Shown here: one piece after another, positions 53,846 to 63,921 of the stretch | Position numbering within the stretch: the first letter of the stretch is position 1 | Layout of the letters: each line of letters begins with the position of its first letter | Assembly: GCA_029855935.1 (NCBI GenBank) | Contig: JAGSHN010000017.1 | Coordinates: forward strand, 8,812-72,811 | Length of the DNA: 64,000 bases | From: Candidatus Thorarchaeota archaeon | Lineage (GTDB): Archaea; Asgardarchaeota; Thorarchaeia; Thorarchaeales; Thorarchaeaceae | Direction of reading: 5' to 3' | Position numbers and translations under genes: made by a program | The notes under the pieces: model-generated | Seen by the model: only the letters and a program-made list of their open reading frames with translations | Told to the model about the DNA's origin: nothing | Databases searched by the model: none

Positions 53846-56590
53846 TTACCAGATAGGCAATCCAGAGGCAACCATCTGCACCACCAGTTCGGTGATGTAA
53901 GCCTCGACAAGTGCAGCAATGACTAGGAAGAACAGAACGAGACCATACGTCCGCCATAGCCGGCCATCGGTGAGCACCTTCTTGGTGTGCTCGGGGACAT
54001 CGTCCCATCGCTCCTCGACCACCACGGGCGCTATCTCACGTGCTATCCTGAAGGATGCAGCGGCCGCGAAGAGGAATGCTGGAATCTCCACAACACCGTG
54101 AGGCAGCACGTAGGCAAGAAAGAGAGTCAGGTCGCCGATGAATGCGTGAAGTGTTGCCAGGCCAGCAAGCCACAGTGCGGTTGACAGGACTTCCGCGATA
54201 CCCACAGACATCAGGCTAAACCTGATGTATGTGATGAGCGGGTCCTCCGCCCGAACCTCAGGCCTACCCGAATACACGAGCTTGTATGGGCCCGCAATTA
54301 TCATCGGTAGCACTACAAGGGCGATGAGCGTGAACTGATCATCGTAGACAAAGTACTCGATAGTGAAGGCCAGTATCAGCGGCGGGAACCACCATGGGTT
54401 TGCCCGGCCCTCCGTGGCCTTACTTGCGAACGCGGCCACCAGCATCACAACGAACAGCGGTACGAGTATGACAGCCGCTCGATAACCCAGTGCCGCACTG
54501 AATGTCCACGGCCAGAACGCATCACCCTCCGCTTGACTCGGGCGGAGGACTCCTCTCTCGATATCAAGAATCGTCCAGATGTATGCCACAGCAGCACCAA
54601 TCGCAGCGAGCACAATTCCAAGGACGCCTACCCGGATATCACCTCCGCGCTTCTGAGCAGCCACGAGCCACAGAATGATCGACCAAAACACAGGACCCGC
54701 CACCAGCATCAGGAAGGTCCTGATGATGTTGTGTTCGAGCACTATGGTGAATCGCAAAGATGTTGAGGCCAGTACAAGCTCCAGACCGTCAGGCAGACCA
54801 ATCTCTGCGATGAGAGCATCAAACCACGGGCCGACGAAGTAGGGGTCCGCCACAAAGGAGAGTGCCGCGACACCGATCACTGTCAGGACAATCCCCCCGA
54901 AGAACATACCAACCGCATCGTAGATGTCGCGAGCGTGCACATTCAACAGCGGCCCCGAAGACTCGCCACTCTCCTCGCGCCACCTCTCCCTGTACTCGAA
55001 GTAGTACATCAGGAAGAGCGTCGCGCTGATGAAGATGGGCATATTGACCACGAACTGTGCGGCAAGCCTGTAGAGCCATTCCTCTGCTCCCGGAATCAGG
55101 ATGAGCGGACGCAGGTGGTAGAAGGTGCCGAAGGTCTCGCTCTGAACAGGAGTGGTGGCAAGTTGGATCAAATAGTCAAGGCCGGGAAGTATGAAATAGC
55201 TCAACGTCGACGCGACGAAACCTGCAAAGAAGGCGAACGACTCCATGCCAACGGAGAGTCGGTCTTGGACATAGTGGCTGATAACGCCAGTGAGTATCAT
55301 CGTCACCATTGGTATTAGCAGAATGAGAACGACCCACAACGATGGCAGAATTGTCATGAGGTTGTTTGGTGGTGCCGACAGCGCTGTGAAGACATCATAG
55401 TCAGACGGGTCGGTAGTGAAGTCGATGGCCTTTGGGTGGACCGTGAACACACCCAGCAGGTGAACTGCTGTGTATAGGGTCACACCCATAATCGCGGCAA
55501 CGAAAACGCCCGCCGTGAACACGCCAGTCGACACCGACGACACGAGCGTCGTGATGACACCGCGCAGGCTAAAGCCCCTGATCTTGGACCCGGCATGGAG
55601 CAGAGAGTCAAAAATGCGTTTATACAAGATGACGGAGAATCGCTCCACGAGTGGGAGGACCACGATTGCAAACAGGATTGGCGGGAATGCCTGGATGAGG
55701 CCGGCGACGTAGTACATCCCGAGATAGCCAAGGAGCCCATTATAGTAGGCATTGAGAATGTCGTTGGCAAGCAAAATCAACGTCAATAGCAGGTTCAACC
55801 TGAAGAACCAACCGAGCACGCCACGCATCATTTCGCCGCCCACATCGCGGTCGCCAAGTTTTAGGCCGGCGCCCTTTGCTATGCGGTTCGAGGCGGGGTA
55901 GCCGAAACGGTAGATCCAAGTCAGGAATATCATCACACCGAAAACGTAGCCGTTGGGTGGAGTGTAGTCGGGGCTACCAGTGACCATCAGGACGTAGTCG
56001 GAGAACGTCCCTATGTACACAGGTACTGTCGGCAAGAGCGTCGCCAGTCCTATTATTAGGTAGTCTCTCCAGGCCGACGACCACGCACGACTCTGTACGG
56101 CAGGATCCAGAGGATTCTCGGGCACTCCCTCAAACCGCAGGTTGTGTAACCTATCTCTGAAACCCGAGTAACCATCTGACACAGGCTCACTACCGCTCAG
56201 CTTCTTGATGACATTGCTGAACTTCATCTTCAAGGGGTCTTGAAGTGCCATCTTGACTGCGAGCACTACCATGCCGAACAGGACTGCGAAGAACGACACC
56301 ATTATCCATGTGAGTAGTTCCTGCAGTGCGTAGGCAAACTGGAACACGAATTCGAGGCCGAAGATCTGAAGAAATACATGGTCAGGCACGAAGGGGTCAA
56401 AGTACAATGGTACGAGTTCAGACTGGACCATCTCGTAGTACAAGAAGTAGGTCACAGACTTGATGTATAGAAGTATTATGAAGGCCTCGATGAAACGGTT
56501 TCGCTTTCTGAAGAATATCAGGTACAGCAATGACACAATTATTGGCGGTAGGAGCTCAAAGACTATCGTGAAGGCCGTTAGTGTCACCAT
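53846..56590 (-). CDS. Large polytopic membrane protein (914 aa) with SpoIIM-like (DUF95) C-terminal region
   Basis: More than 20 hydrophobic segments. The C-terminal part has LEHNIIRTFLMLVAG and LPHGVVEIPAFLFAAAASFRIAREI, matching the SpoIIM-family HG-x-x-E-x-PA motif. The N-terminal 600 aa or so have no motif that I recognise. Confidence 0.75.
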   Translation of the reverse strand: MVTLTAFTIVFELLPPIIVSLLYLIFFRKRNRFIEAFIILLYIKSVTYFLYYEMVQSELVPLYFDPFVPDHVFLQIFGLEFVFQFAYALQELLTWIMVSFFAVLFGMVVLAVKMALQDPLKMKFSNVIKKLSGSEPVSDGYSGFRDRLHNLRFEGVPENPLDPAVQSRAWSSAWRDYLIIGLATLLPTVPVYIGTFSDYVLMVTGSPDYTPPNGYVFGVMIFLTWIYRFGYPASNRIAKGAGLKLGDRDVGGEMMRGVLGWFFRLNLLLTLILLANDILNAYYNGLLGYLGMYYVAGLIQAFPPILFAIVVLPLVERFSVILYKRIFDSLLHAGSKIRGFSLRGVITTLVSSVSTGVFTAGVFVAAIMGVTLYTAVHLLGVFTVHPKAIDFTTDPSDYDVFTALSAPPNNLMTILPSLWVVLILLIPMVTMILTGVISHYVQDRLSVGMESFAFFAGFVASTLSYFILPGLDYLIQLATTPVQSETFGTFYHLRPLILIPGAEEWLYRLAAQFVVNMPIFISATLFLMYYFEYRERWREESGESSGPLLNVHARDIYDAVGMFFGGIVLTVIGVAALSFVADPYFVGPWFDALIAEIGLPDGLELVLASTSLRFTIVLEHNIIRTFLMLVAGPVFWSIILWLVAAQKRGGDIRVGVLGIVLAAIGAAVAYIWTILDIERGVLRPSQAEGDAFWPWTFSAALGYRAAVILVPLFVVMLVAAFASKATEGRANPWWFPPLILAFTIEYFVYDDQFTLIALVVLPMIIAGPYKLVYSGRPEVRAEDPLITYIRFSLMSVGIAEVLSTALWLAGLATLHAFIGDLTLFLAYVLPHGVVEIPAFLFAAAASFRIAREIAPVVVEERWDDVPEHTKKVLTDGRLWRTYGLVLFFLVIAALVEAYITELVVQMVASGLPIW

Positions 56591-56622
56591 TTTCTCAATC
56601 TCTCCCAGGTAGAATCACAGAC

Positions 56623-56637
56623 TGACGTGAAACGTCA
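56623..56637. promoter_or_regulatory. Perfect palindrome TGACGT-gaa-ACGTCA between a TATA-like box and the 914-aa gene start, in the intergenic region shared with ferritin
   Basis: Read directly from the sequence: tgacgtgaaacgtca at 56623-56637. The adjacent ctctataaaag (56641-56651) is a TATA-like element on either strand. Confidence 0.3.
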
Positions 56638-56747
56638 CGACTCTATAAAAGATATCTCGGACCTACCCCCTTGCCATATCGTAGAGTTCAAAAGGGCCCT
56701 GCTGAAATTAGAAACAATCTCACATAATACTATCTCTAAAGACGGTG

Positions 56748-57281
56748 ATGAAGATGCAGATTGCCGAGGAACTGCAGGACGCGATAAACGAACAGATCAA
56801 CTTTGAGCTCTACAGCGCGTACGTGTACCTCTCCATGGCATCCTGGCTGGAGTCAAGAAATCTCTCCGGGATGGCTCACTGGATGGAGGTACAGGTCCAG
56901 GAGGAATACGCGCACGCTATGAGATTCTACCGCCACGTCATTGAGCGAGGAGGCCGCGTGACCCTACGCGAGATCAAGACCCCAAAGACGGAGTGGGCCT
57001 CTCCACTTGAGGTGTTTGAGGACGCTCTGAATCACGAGCGGGAGGTCACTAGAAGGATCTATGCCATCGGCGACCTCGCCGCGAGACTCGGCGATAAGGC
57101 CACGCAGTCGATGTTGAGCTGGTTCTACGACGAGCAGGTCGAGGAGGAGGCACAGACTATGGAGATCCGAGACCTGCTGAAGATGGTGGGTGACAACCTC
57201 GCAGCTGTCCTCCAGATTGATGTGAGACTGGCGAGTAGACCGCCGGTCTCTTCTCCGCCGGCTGAGTCCACAGAGCCATAG
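56748..57281 (+). CDS. ftn: Ferritin (non-heme, FtnA-like)
   Basis: LQDAINEQINFELYSAYVYLSMASW, EEYAHAMRFYRHVIERGG, LNHEREVTRRI, and WFYDEQVEEE, which are di-iron ferroxidase-site motifs. A GTG at 56745 or an ATG at 56754 is also possible. Confidence 0.9.
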   Translation: MKMQIAEELQDAINEQINFELYSAYVYLSMASWLESRNLSGMAHWMEVQVQEEYAHAMRFYRHVIERGGRVTLREIKTPKTEWASPLEVFEDALNHEREVTRRIYAIGDLAARLGDKATQSMLSWFYDEQVEEEAQTMEIRDLLKMVGDNLAAVLQIDVRLASRPPVSSPPAESTEP

Positions 57282-57448
57282 GTGGTATGGCATTCCCCAC
57301 CTAGTGCTACTGGAGGGGGGCCAAAGTGCTCCCCTTCAGCAGCCTCACCAGAAGGGCCTACCCGGGCGCATACAGTAGGCGCACACTGGCGAATCAGTTA
57401 CCTACTTATGTGACGAAGACCCCCCTCAGGAGTGGGTGTTTGTAGTAT

Positions 57449-59440
57449 ATGCTGCTCCAAGACTTGGACGATGTCGTCAACAGGTACGTGTCCGGCAAGA
57501 GGGCACTGGACTACGTGACATCTATCTCCCAGTTCCACAGAATACAGGCCAGTCCCGGGATTGCAGATGCCATCGAGTTCGTACGCAGAGAGCTTGACCG
57601 GCTCGGCGGCCTCCGTGTGGAGATCTTCGAGTTCAAGACAAGGGGAGAGGGCGAGATAGGCACTTGGAAGAGTCTGTACGGCTGGACGCCCAAGTCGGCC
57701 ACACTGCACCTTGTTGAGCCGGAGAAGGGCGTGTTGGCAGACTTCGAGACTGAACCTATATCGCTTGCCGCGCATTCTGTGTCGGCCGATATCGAGGCTG
57801 AGGTCGTCTATGTCGGCAAGGGTGTCAGAGAGAAGGACTATGAGGGCAAGGACGTGCGGGGCAAGATTGTGCTGGCCGAAGACCGTGCATCTCGGGTACA
57901 CAGAGTTGCATGCGGGAAGTTTGGAGCAGCTGGCATACTCACGTTCATCCCGCCATCGGGCGAGGACCCGCCGAACTTCAGGCGATACGAGGGACTCTGG
58001 CCGCGGCCGGGTGAGGCAGAGAACGTCAGGTTCGGGTTCTCACTGACGCAGTCGGATGGCCTGAAGATCAAGAAGTGGCTTGAGGAGGGCAAGACCGTCC
58101 GTGTTCACGCACAGGTAGACGCAGAACTCGGAGAGGGCACCGTACAGGTACTCTCGGCCCTCATAGAGGGCAAGAACAAGGAGAGAGAGTTTTGGCTGAT
58201 GGGACATATCTGCCATCCTCATCCCGGGGCAAACGACAATGCCTCTGGGTCGGGCGCGCTGCTTGAGGCCGCTCGAGTCCTCAGGAGGATGATGAAGGAG
58301 GGCGTTATAGAGCAGCCGGAGTACTCAATCAGGTTCCTCTGGGTGCCAGAGTGGTTTGGCACCATACTGCTGATTGACTCTCATCCGGATGTCATCAAGA
58401 GGTGCGTGGGTGTCATCAACGCGGACATGGTGGGTGCCGACCCCTCGCGGTCGGGATCCATCTTCTCGGTGTACAGGACGCCGTACTCGCTGCCGACAAC
58501 GCTCAACAATGTGGTCAGATACTGGCTTGAGCACGAGGCCACAAGGAAGCGGGACCGGGCCGTCGGCGGCTGTGTATGTCCGTTGCCTCACAAGTACAGA
58601 GTCTACTCTGGCGGCAGCGACCACTTCATGTTCACAGATGCTACTCTGAAGATACCAGCCGTGATGCTCAACCAGTTCCCTGACAAGTTCTACCACACCT
58701 CGGCAGACACGCCGGACAAGATTGACCCGCGCCAGATGGCCTACGCGGCTCGTGTCCTTGTCTTGTCAGCAATCACCATCGCGCATCGAAAGTACACCAT
58801 CGAGGAGACATTGCTCACGCTCTGTCGGGACGAGGCCGTTGAGGTGATGCGGAGAGTGACTCACCGTGGCGTCAGAGAGCTCTCGTGCTGCGTTGATGAT
58901 CCCGAGAAGATCTATCCGAGGTATATGCGCTGGCTTGACTACGCAAAGGAACTTGGGCGGGCGACGCTCGACAGGGCCGAGGACGAGTGGGACCTCATCC
59001 ACGTCCAGGAGGCGCTCCTTCAGTCACTGAGAACCAGTGTGGATATGAGCTATATGTCAGAGATGATGGTGCTGCGAAAGGCGTACGAAGGGGCATGCGC
59101 CGAGATCGGACTGGAGGCCAAGGAGGAGGAGCTGCTCAGAGTTGACCCGAGTCAGTTCAATCTTGAGATCAGGAGGACGCTCAAATACGCGATGTATCCC
59201 GGCACAATATCTGACCGAAGGCCAGACCTCCTCGAGAAATATCTCGGACTCTACGAGAGAGACAAAGAGATGATGGCCAAGGTCGATGAGATGCTCAATC
59301 TCGCTGAAGACTGGACGTCACTATCGGAGATCTACGACAGGGTCTGCTTCCAGTTCGGTGACACCGATCCCAAAGACTTTGCGATGGTCGTCGACGACCT
59401 CGCGGAGCTAGGTATCATCGAGAAGAGGGAGATCGAGTGA
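57449..59440 (+). CDS. M28-family aminopeptidase-like protein (DUF4910/DUF2172-type with PA-like insert)
   Basis: The HICHPHPGANDNASGSGALLEAARVL motif, GGSDHFMF, and N-terminal RIQASPGIADAIEFVRREL. Confidence 0.7.
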   Translation: MLLQDLDDVVNRYVSGKRALDYVTSISQFHRIQASPGIADAIEFVRRELDRLGGLRVEIFEFKTRGEGEIGTWKSLYGWTPKSATLHLVEPEKGVLADFETEPISLAAHSVSADIEAEVVYVGKGVREKDYEGKDVRGKIVLAEDRASRVHRVACGKFGAAGILTFIPPSGEDPPNFRRYEGLWPRPGEAENVRFGFSLTQSDGLKIKKWLEEGKTVRVHAQVDAELGEGTVQVLSALIEGKNKEREFWLMGHICHPHPGANDNASGSGALLEAARVLRRMMKEGVIEQPEYSIRFLWVPEWFGTILLIDSHPDVIKRCVGVINADMVGADPSRSGSIFSVYRTPYSLPTTLNNVVRYWLEHEATRKRDRAVGGCVCPLPHKYRVYSGGSDHFMFTDATLKIPAVMLNQFPDKFYHTSADTPDKIDPRQMAYAARVLVLSAITIAHRKYTIEETLLTLCRDEAVEVMRRVTHRGVRELSCCVDDPEKIYPRYMRWLDYAKELGRATLDRAEDEWDLIHVQEALLQSLRTSVDMSYMSEMMVLRKAYEGACAEIGLEAKEEELLRVDPSQFNLEIRRTLKYAMYPGTISDRRPDLLEKYLGLYERDKEMMAKVDEMLNLAEDWTSLSEIYDRVCFQFGDTDPKDFAMVVDDLAELGIIEKREIE

Positions 59441-59928
59441 GTACAAGGGCCGGCGCGCCGTACAGAAAAGTGGTCTTCGCGGGTACGTTCGACAGACTTC
59501 ACGAGGGACATAAACATCTCCTGAGAACGGCGCTGCGCCTAGGAGAGACTGTGGCCATCGGTCTCACGACGGACAAGATGCTCGAGGGAAAGCCAGAGAG
59601 GGACAAGATTCAGTCCTTTGAGGACCGGCGGAGGGCGTTGGTCGAGTTTCTCACCGAAGAGGGCGCGATGGGACGATGCCATGTCTTTCCGATAGACACC
59701 GTGGAGGGCGGAGCCGACAGGATGGAGGACCTCGAGGCACTCATCGTCTCCGATGAGATCTCGGTCGTCCAGAATGCCTTCCGCATCAATGAGCTGCGCT
59801 GGAGAAATGGCCTCCGGCGGTTTCACATCATTGTCGTGCCACGGGTCCGCACAGAGGATGGAAGGCCCCTGTCCTCGTCGAGGCTACGCGCTGGTGAGGA
59901 CTTCACGGGCCAGAGGCTGATCTACTAG
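59437..59928 (+). CDS. coaD: Archaeal-type phosphopantetheine adenylyltransferase (cytidylyltransferase fold)
   Basis: VVFAGTFDRLHEGHKHLL (the (T/H)xGH nucleotidyltransferase motif) and SSSRLRAGE near the C-terminus. 4-nt overlap with the upstream gene. Confidence 0.75.
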   Translation: MSTRAGAPYRKVVFAGTFDRLHEGHKHLLRTALRLGETVAIGLTTDKMLEGKPERDKIQSFEDRRRALVEFLTEEGAMGRCHVFPIDTVEGGADRMEDLEALIVSDEISVVQNAFRINELRWRNGLRRFHIIVVPRVRTEDGRPLSSSRLRAGEDFTGQRLIY

Positions 59929-61193
59929 GGAAAGGGCCGGACACGCTGAGCACTGGCCATTGTCTCATCAAAGAGGGGATTGTCCATCAACTCGACATAG
60001 CGGGCTGACTCCGCAAGGCTCACAGCGAGGTCGCGTGTGCGGGGATCGAGGATCATCTGGACTGCGCCCTTGAGGGCACCCTCGGGGAATAGCGTGTATG
60101 CGGCATTCACAATGTCCGGTATCAGTCCAACGGCTCGAGCAGCTGAGATGTCCAAGGAGACTCCAAACGCTCCGGTGATCACAATCAACGAGACCTCATC
60201 CGTAGGCACACTGCTCTCTATTAGAAGTACGTGCGCGGCCGCGCAGATGGCAGCCTTTGACTGAAGCAGCGTCCTCACATCAACCTGTGAGAGGTAGACG
60301 TTGGGGGCCGGTGTACCACCAACCGTGTTTGCAGACCCGTCGAGTATCACCACCCGCACAGGGAGCCCGGTGGCATCAACAAGGGGATGCTGTCTTGACA
60401 GTGACCCCATCTCGTCAATCGCACCGACTCTCTTCAACTCCGCCAACAGCGAGATTGCTCCCGAGCCACAGATGCCCATTGGGGGAGCGTCACCCACCGT
60501 GTGGACCGCGAACACTCCTTGCCCGGAGTCGACCTGTACCCCATCAATCGCTCCCGCACTGGCCGGGACACCGCACTCAAGAGTGCTCTCCTCAAAGGCT
60601 GGCCCGGAGGGGGCCGATGTCGCCCACAGTTCCCCACTGTGAAAGAGCATCACCTCGGTGTTCACGCCCACGTCAAAGAGCATCGATGTCGAGCTTCTCT
60701 GATACAGACCAGAAGAGATGAGGGAGGCCAGCGCGTCAGGGCCGACGAATGAATGAACCACGGGCGGTACATACACTCCGCAGGTCAGCAGTGGAGACAC
60801 TTCGCGACCCTCGACGATTCTGGACGACCTGTCATCAATATCATACGGCGGCTCGAGTAGCGCGAAGGGAATCTCGCCGAGGACGAACTGTCGCATCACC
60901 GTGTTCCCGACCACGACAATCTCCGTGAGGTCTGCGAGACGAGCGCCGATTGCGTGCAGACCACTCCGGAGCGAGCTGACTACACAGTCCCTCAGGAGTC
61001 GTACGAGTCGATGGGCGGTAGAATGACTGCTCATTGCAGCGCGTATCCTAGTGACAACATCGTGTCCGAACTCGTTCTGGGGATTTGGGATGGTCACTCG
61101 GGCGATTGTGGTACCCTTCTCTGCGTCAACAATGGCGGTCCTCACTGTAGAGGTACCTATGTCCACCGCACCTGCAAGCCTGCGTCCGGACAT
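59925..61193 (-). CDS. ASKHA-fold ATPase, DUF4445/RACo-C-terminal-like, lacking an N-terminal ferredoxin domain
   Basis: The N-terminus GAVDIGTSTVRTAIVD...NPQNEFGHDVVTRI matches the DUF4445 pattern (DxGTT...N-Q...G-DV-sRI), followed by ICGSGAISLL. There are no Cys-cluster motifs at the N-terminus. Confidence 0.65.
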   Translation of the reverse strand: MSGRRLAGAVDIGTSTVRTAIVDAEKGTTIARVTIPNPQNEFGHDVVTRIRAAMSSHSTAHRLVRLLRDCVVSSLRSGLHAIGARLADLTEIVVVGNTVMRQFVLGEIPFALLEPPYDIDDRSSRIVEGREVSPLLTCGVYVPPVVHSFVGPDALASLISSGLYQRSSTSMLFDVGVNTEVMLFHSGELWATSAPSGPAFEESTLECGVPASAGAIDGVQVDSGQGVFAVHTVGDAPPMGICGSGAISLLAELKRVGAIDEMGSLSRQHPLVDATGLPVRVVILDGSANTVGGTPAPNVYLSQVDVRTLLQSKAAICAAAHVLLIESSVPTDEVSLIVITGAFGVSLDISAARAVGLIPDIVNAAYTLFPEGALKGAVQMILDPRTRDLAVSLAESARYVELMDNPLFDETMASAQRVRPFP

Positions 61194-61258
61194 GATGAGA
61201 GGCGTCCCTCAGATCTAACGGATGGGCAGAATCAGATCTGCGATTGTGAGTGAACTCA

Positions 61259-61741
61259 TCACCGGACAATCATCACAGGACATCCGGCGTCCTTGCTGAC
61301 CTTGTCACTGATGGAACCGACAAACAGTCGCTTGAACCCGCTGACACCACGTGACCCCATAATGATAAGGTCGGCCCCGCGCTCAGAGGCCACCTCCACT
61401 ATCCGGCTGGCCGGATCACCGTACGAGAGCAGGTCGGTCACGGTGCACCCGAGGGACTCCGCCAGAGACTTGGCACGAGCGAGAATATCCTCACCCACCT
61501 TCTGCAGCGCCAAGAACGGCTGATCGGAGACCGTGTCGTGATAGGGGGTTGCGCTCACCAGCATTGGTACGACATGAAGGAGAATCAGCTCTGCCCCCAG
61601 AGGTGGTCCAATTGCACAGGCATACTTGACGGCCTTGTCGGAGTGTTCAGAGCCGTCAACAGCCACAAGTATCGTCTTTATCTCTACAGCCTCGGGACTA
61701 CTCAAGACGCGACCCTCTCTCACAACGTGATGCGACAACAT
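61259..61741 (-). CDS. Universal stress protein (UspA family)
   Basis: ILVAVDGSEHSDKAV...LILLHV...ADLIIMGSRGVSGFKRLFVGSISDKVSKDAGCPVMIV. Confidence 0.9.
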   Translation of the reverse strand: MLSHHVVREGRVLSSPEAVEIKTILVAVDGSEHSDKAVKYACAIGPPLGAELILLHVVPMLVSATPYHDTVSDQPFLALQKVGEDILARAKSLAESLGCTVTDLLSYGDPASRIVEVASERGADLIIMGSRGVSGFKRLFVGSISDKVSKDAGCPVMIVR

Positions 61742-61980
61742 GGTATTTCTCTCTTTCTCAACAACGCCGCGTCAGGGGAGATACGGAACAGCGCACGGTG
61801 AGAAGTAGAGGTCGTGTGGAGAACACCCGCTATGACTCTCACACAGAGAGACTCTCCCTAGGGTACTCTCCACAGCATTCTCTCTGCTCAGCAGCAAACA
61901 TTCGTAGTGTCACTCTCGAATGGTGATGTTTAATACTCCGAACTGCAGAGTGGGACCCACGCAATGCAGGGTGGGTCAAT

Positions 61981-62214
61981 ATGAGAATAGTTGGGACTCA
62001 GTACTCGCTGGAGAAGAAACCTGACGTGGTGGAGCTCCGTAAGTCTGGACAGATAGTCGAGACATATCCATACAAGGGCGAGGTCCTCGATGACCTACTT
62101 GAGAGAATATGGGAGACGCTGCGCAGGAAGGGTGTCACCATAACGAAGGACATGCTCTTTGAGTATCTCGAACAGATGTTCCCTGGCGTGAGGAGATACG
62201 GGCCAATCAAGTAG
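61981..62214 (+). CDS. Small hypothetical protein (77 aa)
   Basis: ATG start and balanced composition (MRIVGTQYSLEKKPDVVELRKSGQIVETYPYKGEVLDDLLERIWETLRRKG...). A TATA-like tttaatac lies about 45 nt upstream. No family recognised. Confidence 0.45.
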   Translation: MRIVGTQYSLEKKPDVVELRKSGQIVETYPYKGEVLDDLLERIWETLRRKGVTITKDMLFEYLEQMFPGVRRYGPIK

Positions 62215-63727
62215 GGTCTGCTGCAAGCGAGGCGAACGTTGTCTCGCTGCGCACCAGTGAATGCAGCGTAGAGGTCAGCTCTGAACACTTCACGCGGACC
62301 TGAGCCATGCTGTCACGGTCCCGCACGGTGACCGTATGGTCCTCAAGTGTGTCATAGTCGACCGTGATACAGAAGGGCGTACCGATCTCATCCTGTCTGC
62401 GATAGCGACGGCCTATTGAGCCGCCCTGATCATAGTAGACCACGAGACCGCTGTTGAGCAGTGTATTGTAGATCTCTCTCGCAGGACCGACCAGTTCCGG
62501 CTTGCCCATCAGCGGGAACACTGCGACTTGGATGGGCGCGACAGGCGATGGAAATCTCAGCCATGTCCTCTCCTCGTCCTCAACGTAGGCATTGTCAATC
62601 AGACAATAGAGGGGCCGCTCCACGCCGAATGCAATCTCAAGGACGTTCGGTATAACGGGCTTCTTGTCCACCTTCACGCTCAGGCGTTCCTTGCTGTATT
62701 TCTGATGTCGTGACAGGTCGTAGTCTCCGCGGTCGTGAACCCCGCAGCACTCGACCCAACCAAAGCTCCTCGTATGAATCTCGACATCCCACGCATCGGC
62801 GGCGTAGTGTGCTCGCTCCTCGGGCAGGTGCTGGCGGAGCCTCATCACGTCCTCGCCGAAACCCATGTCGCGAAATATGGAGTACGCAAGATGAACGCAC
62901 CACGCATATGCAGGCGTCTGAAAGTATCCCTTGTCCAACGCCTCTCCAACCGTGATGTCCAGTGGAGTCTCTGTGCCACTCTCCTGCAGCTGATACGGCA
63001 GCAGTGGTAGACGCCTGTCGGCAATCCCTGAGAACGGCGCCCAGTCCTGCTCGTGCGAGTCTAGGAGGAATATCTGGCCCTCTACCTGAGTGAACTCCCT
63101 CAGTCGGAGCATCCCCTGGCGTGGAGAGATCTCGTTGCGGAATGCCTTGCCGATCTGGAATACGGACGCCGGTAGGCGGTGGCGGAAGAAGGTCAACAGA
63201 CGTTTGAACAAGAGGTACGTGGTCGTTGCGGTCTCCGGCCTGAGATAGGCCTCAGTATCCAGCCCAACGCGGGTCCTCAACATCAGGTTGTACTGTTCAA
63301 CGGGCCCGAGAGCACCTCCACAAGACGGGCAGACGACGCCGAGCTCCTGTATCTTCTCCGTGAGAGCCTCCAAGGAGAGCCCGTGGATGTGGGCGTCAGG
63401 GAACTCCTCCTCGATCAGCGTGTCTGCCCTGTATGCCTGACCGCACTTTGTGCATCTCGTCACGGGATCGATGAAGCCCTCCAGATGGCCCGACGCCTTC
63501 CACACCACAGCCGGAGAGACTATCGGGCATTCGACCTCCCAGAAATTCGCGCGGACGAAGGCGGCTCGAATCTGGCCCTCAAGCCTGTTCTTGAGCAGCT
63601 TGCCCAAGGGACCCAGGTCGTAGAATCCTGCAGTGCCGCCGTAGATCTCAGGTGAGGGCCCCCAGAAGAAACCCCTCTTCCTAGAGAGGCCGTATATCAC
63701 GTCTGTGAAGTCCTTCTCCGTTGGCAT
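62207..63727 (-). CDS. glyS: Glycyl-tRNA synthetase (archaeal/eukaryotic alpha2 type)
   Basis: N-terminal RKRGFFWGPSPEIYGGTAGFYDLGPLGKLLKNRLE. Class II motifs FRNEISPRQGMLRLREFTQVE and GVERPLY. Anticodon-binding domain VAPIQVAVFPL...SIGRRYRRQDEIGTPFCITVD. Confidence 0.9.
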   Translation of the reverse strand: MPTEKDFTDVIYGLSRKRGFFWGPSPEIYGGTAGFYDLGPLGKLLKNRLEGQIRAAFVRANFWEVECPIVSPAVVWKASGHLEGFIDPVTRCTKCGQAYRADTLIEEEFPDAHIHGLSLEALTEKIQELGVVCPSCGGALGPVEQYNLMLRTRVGLDTEAYLRPETATTTYLLFKRLLTFFRHRLPASVFQIGKAFRNEISPRQGMLRLREFTQVEGQIFLLDSHEQDWAPFSGIADRRLPLLPYQLQESGTETPLDITVGEALDKGYFQTPAYAWCVHLAYSIFRDMGFGEDVMRLRQHLPEERAHYAADAWDVEIHTRSFGWVECCGVHDRGDYDLSRHQKYSKERLSVKVDKKPVIPNVLEIAFGVERPLYCLIDNAYVEDEERTWLRFPSPVAPIQVAVFPLMGKPELVGPAREIYNTLLNSGLVVYYDQGGSIGRRYRRQDEIGTPFCITVDYDTLEDHTVTVRDRDSMAQVRVKCSELTSTLHSLVRSETTFASLAADPT

Positions 63728-63921
63728 CGTGCTGTCCCGAGCCTGTCAAGACAATGGTGACTTAAAGGTATGCCATAGGGTGGGTCGGTCTAACCCGAGT
63801 GAGTCACGAGTAGACGCCATGTTCATCACCGAAGACGCGCCAGACTCGTGAACATCAGACGGGACCTATTCCATCACTCTTATTTAGCGCGGCAGAACGC
63901 CTGATTGCCGAGCGTGAGGAC

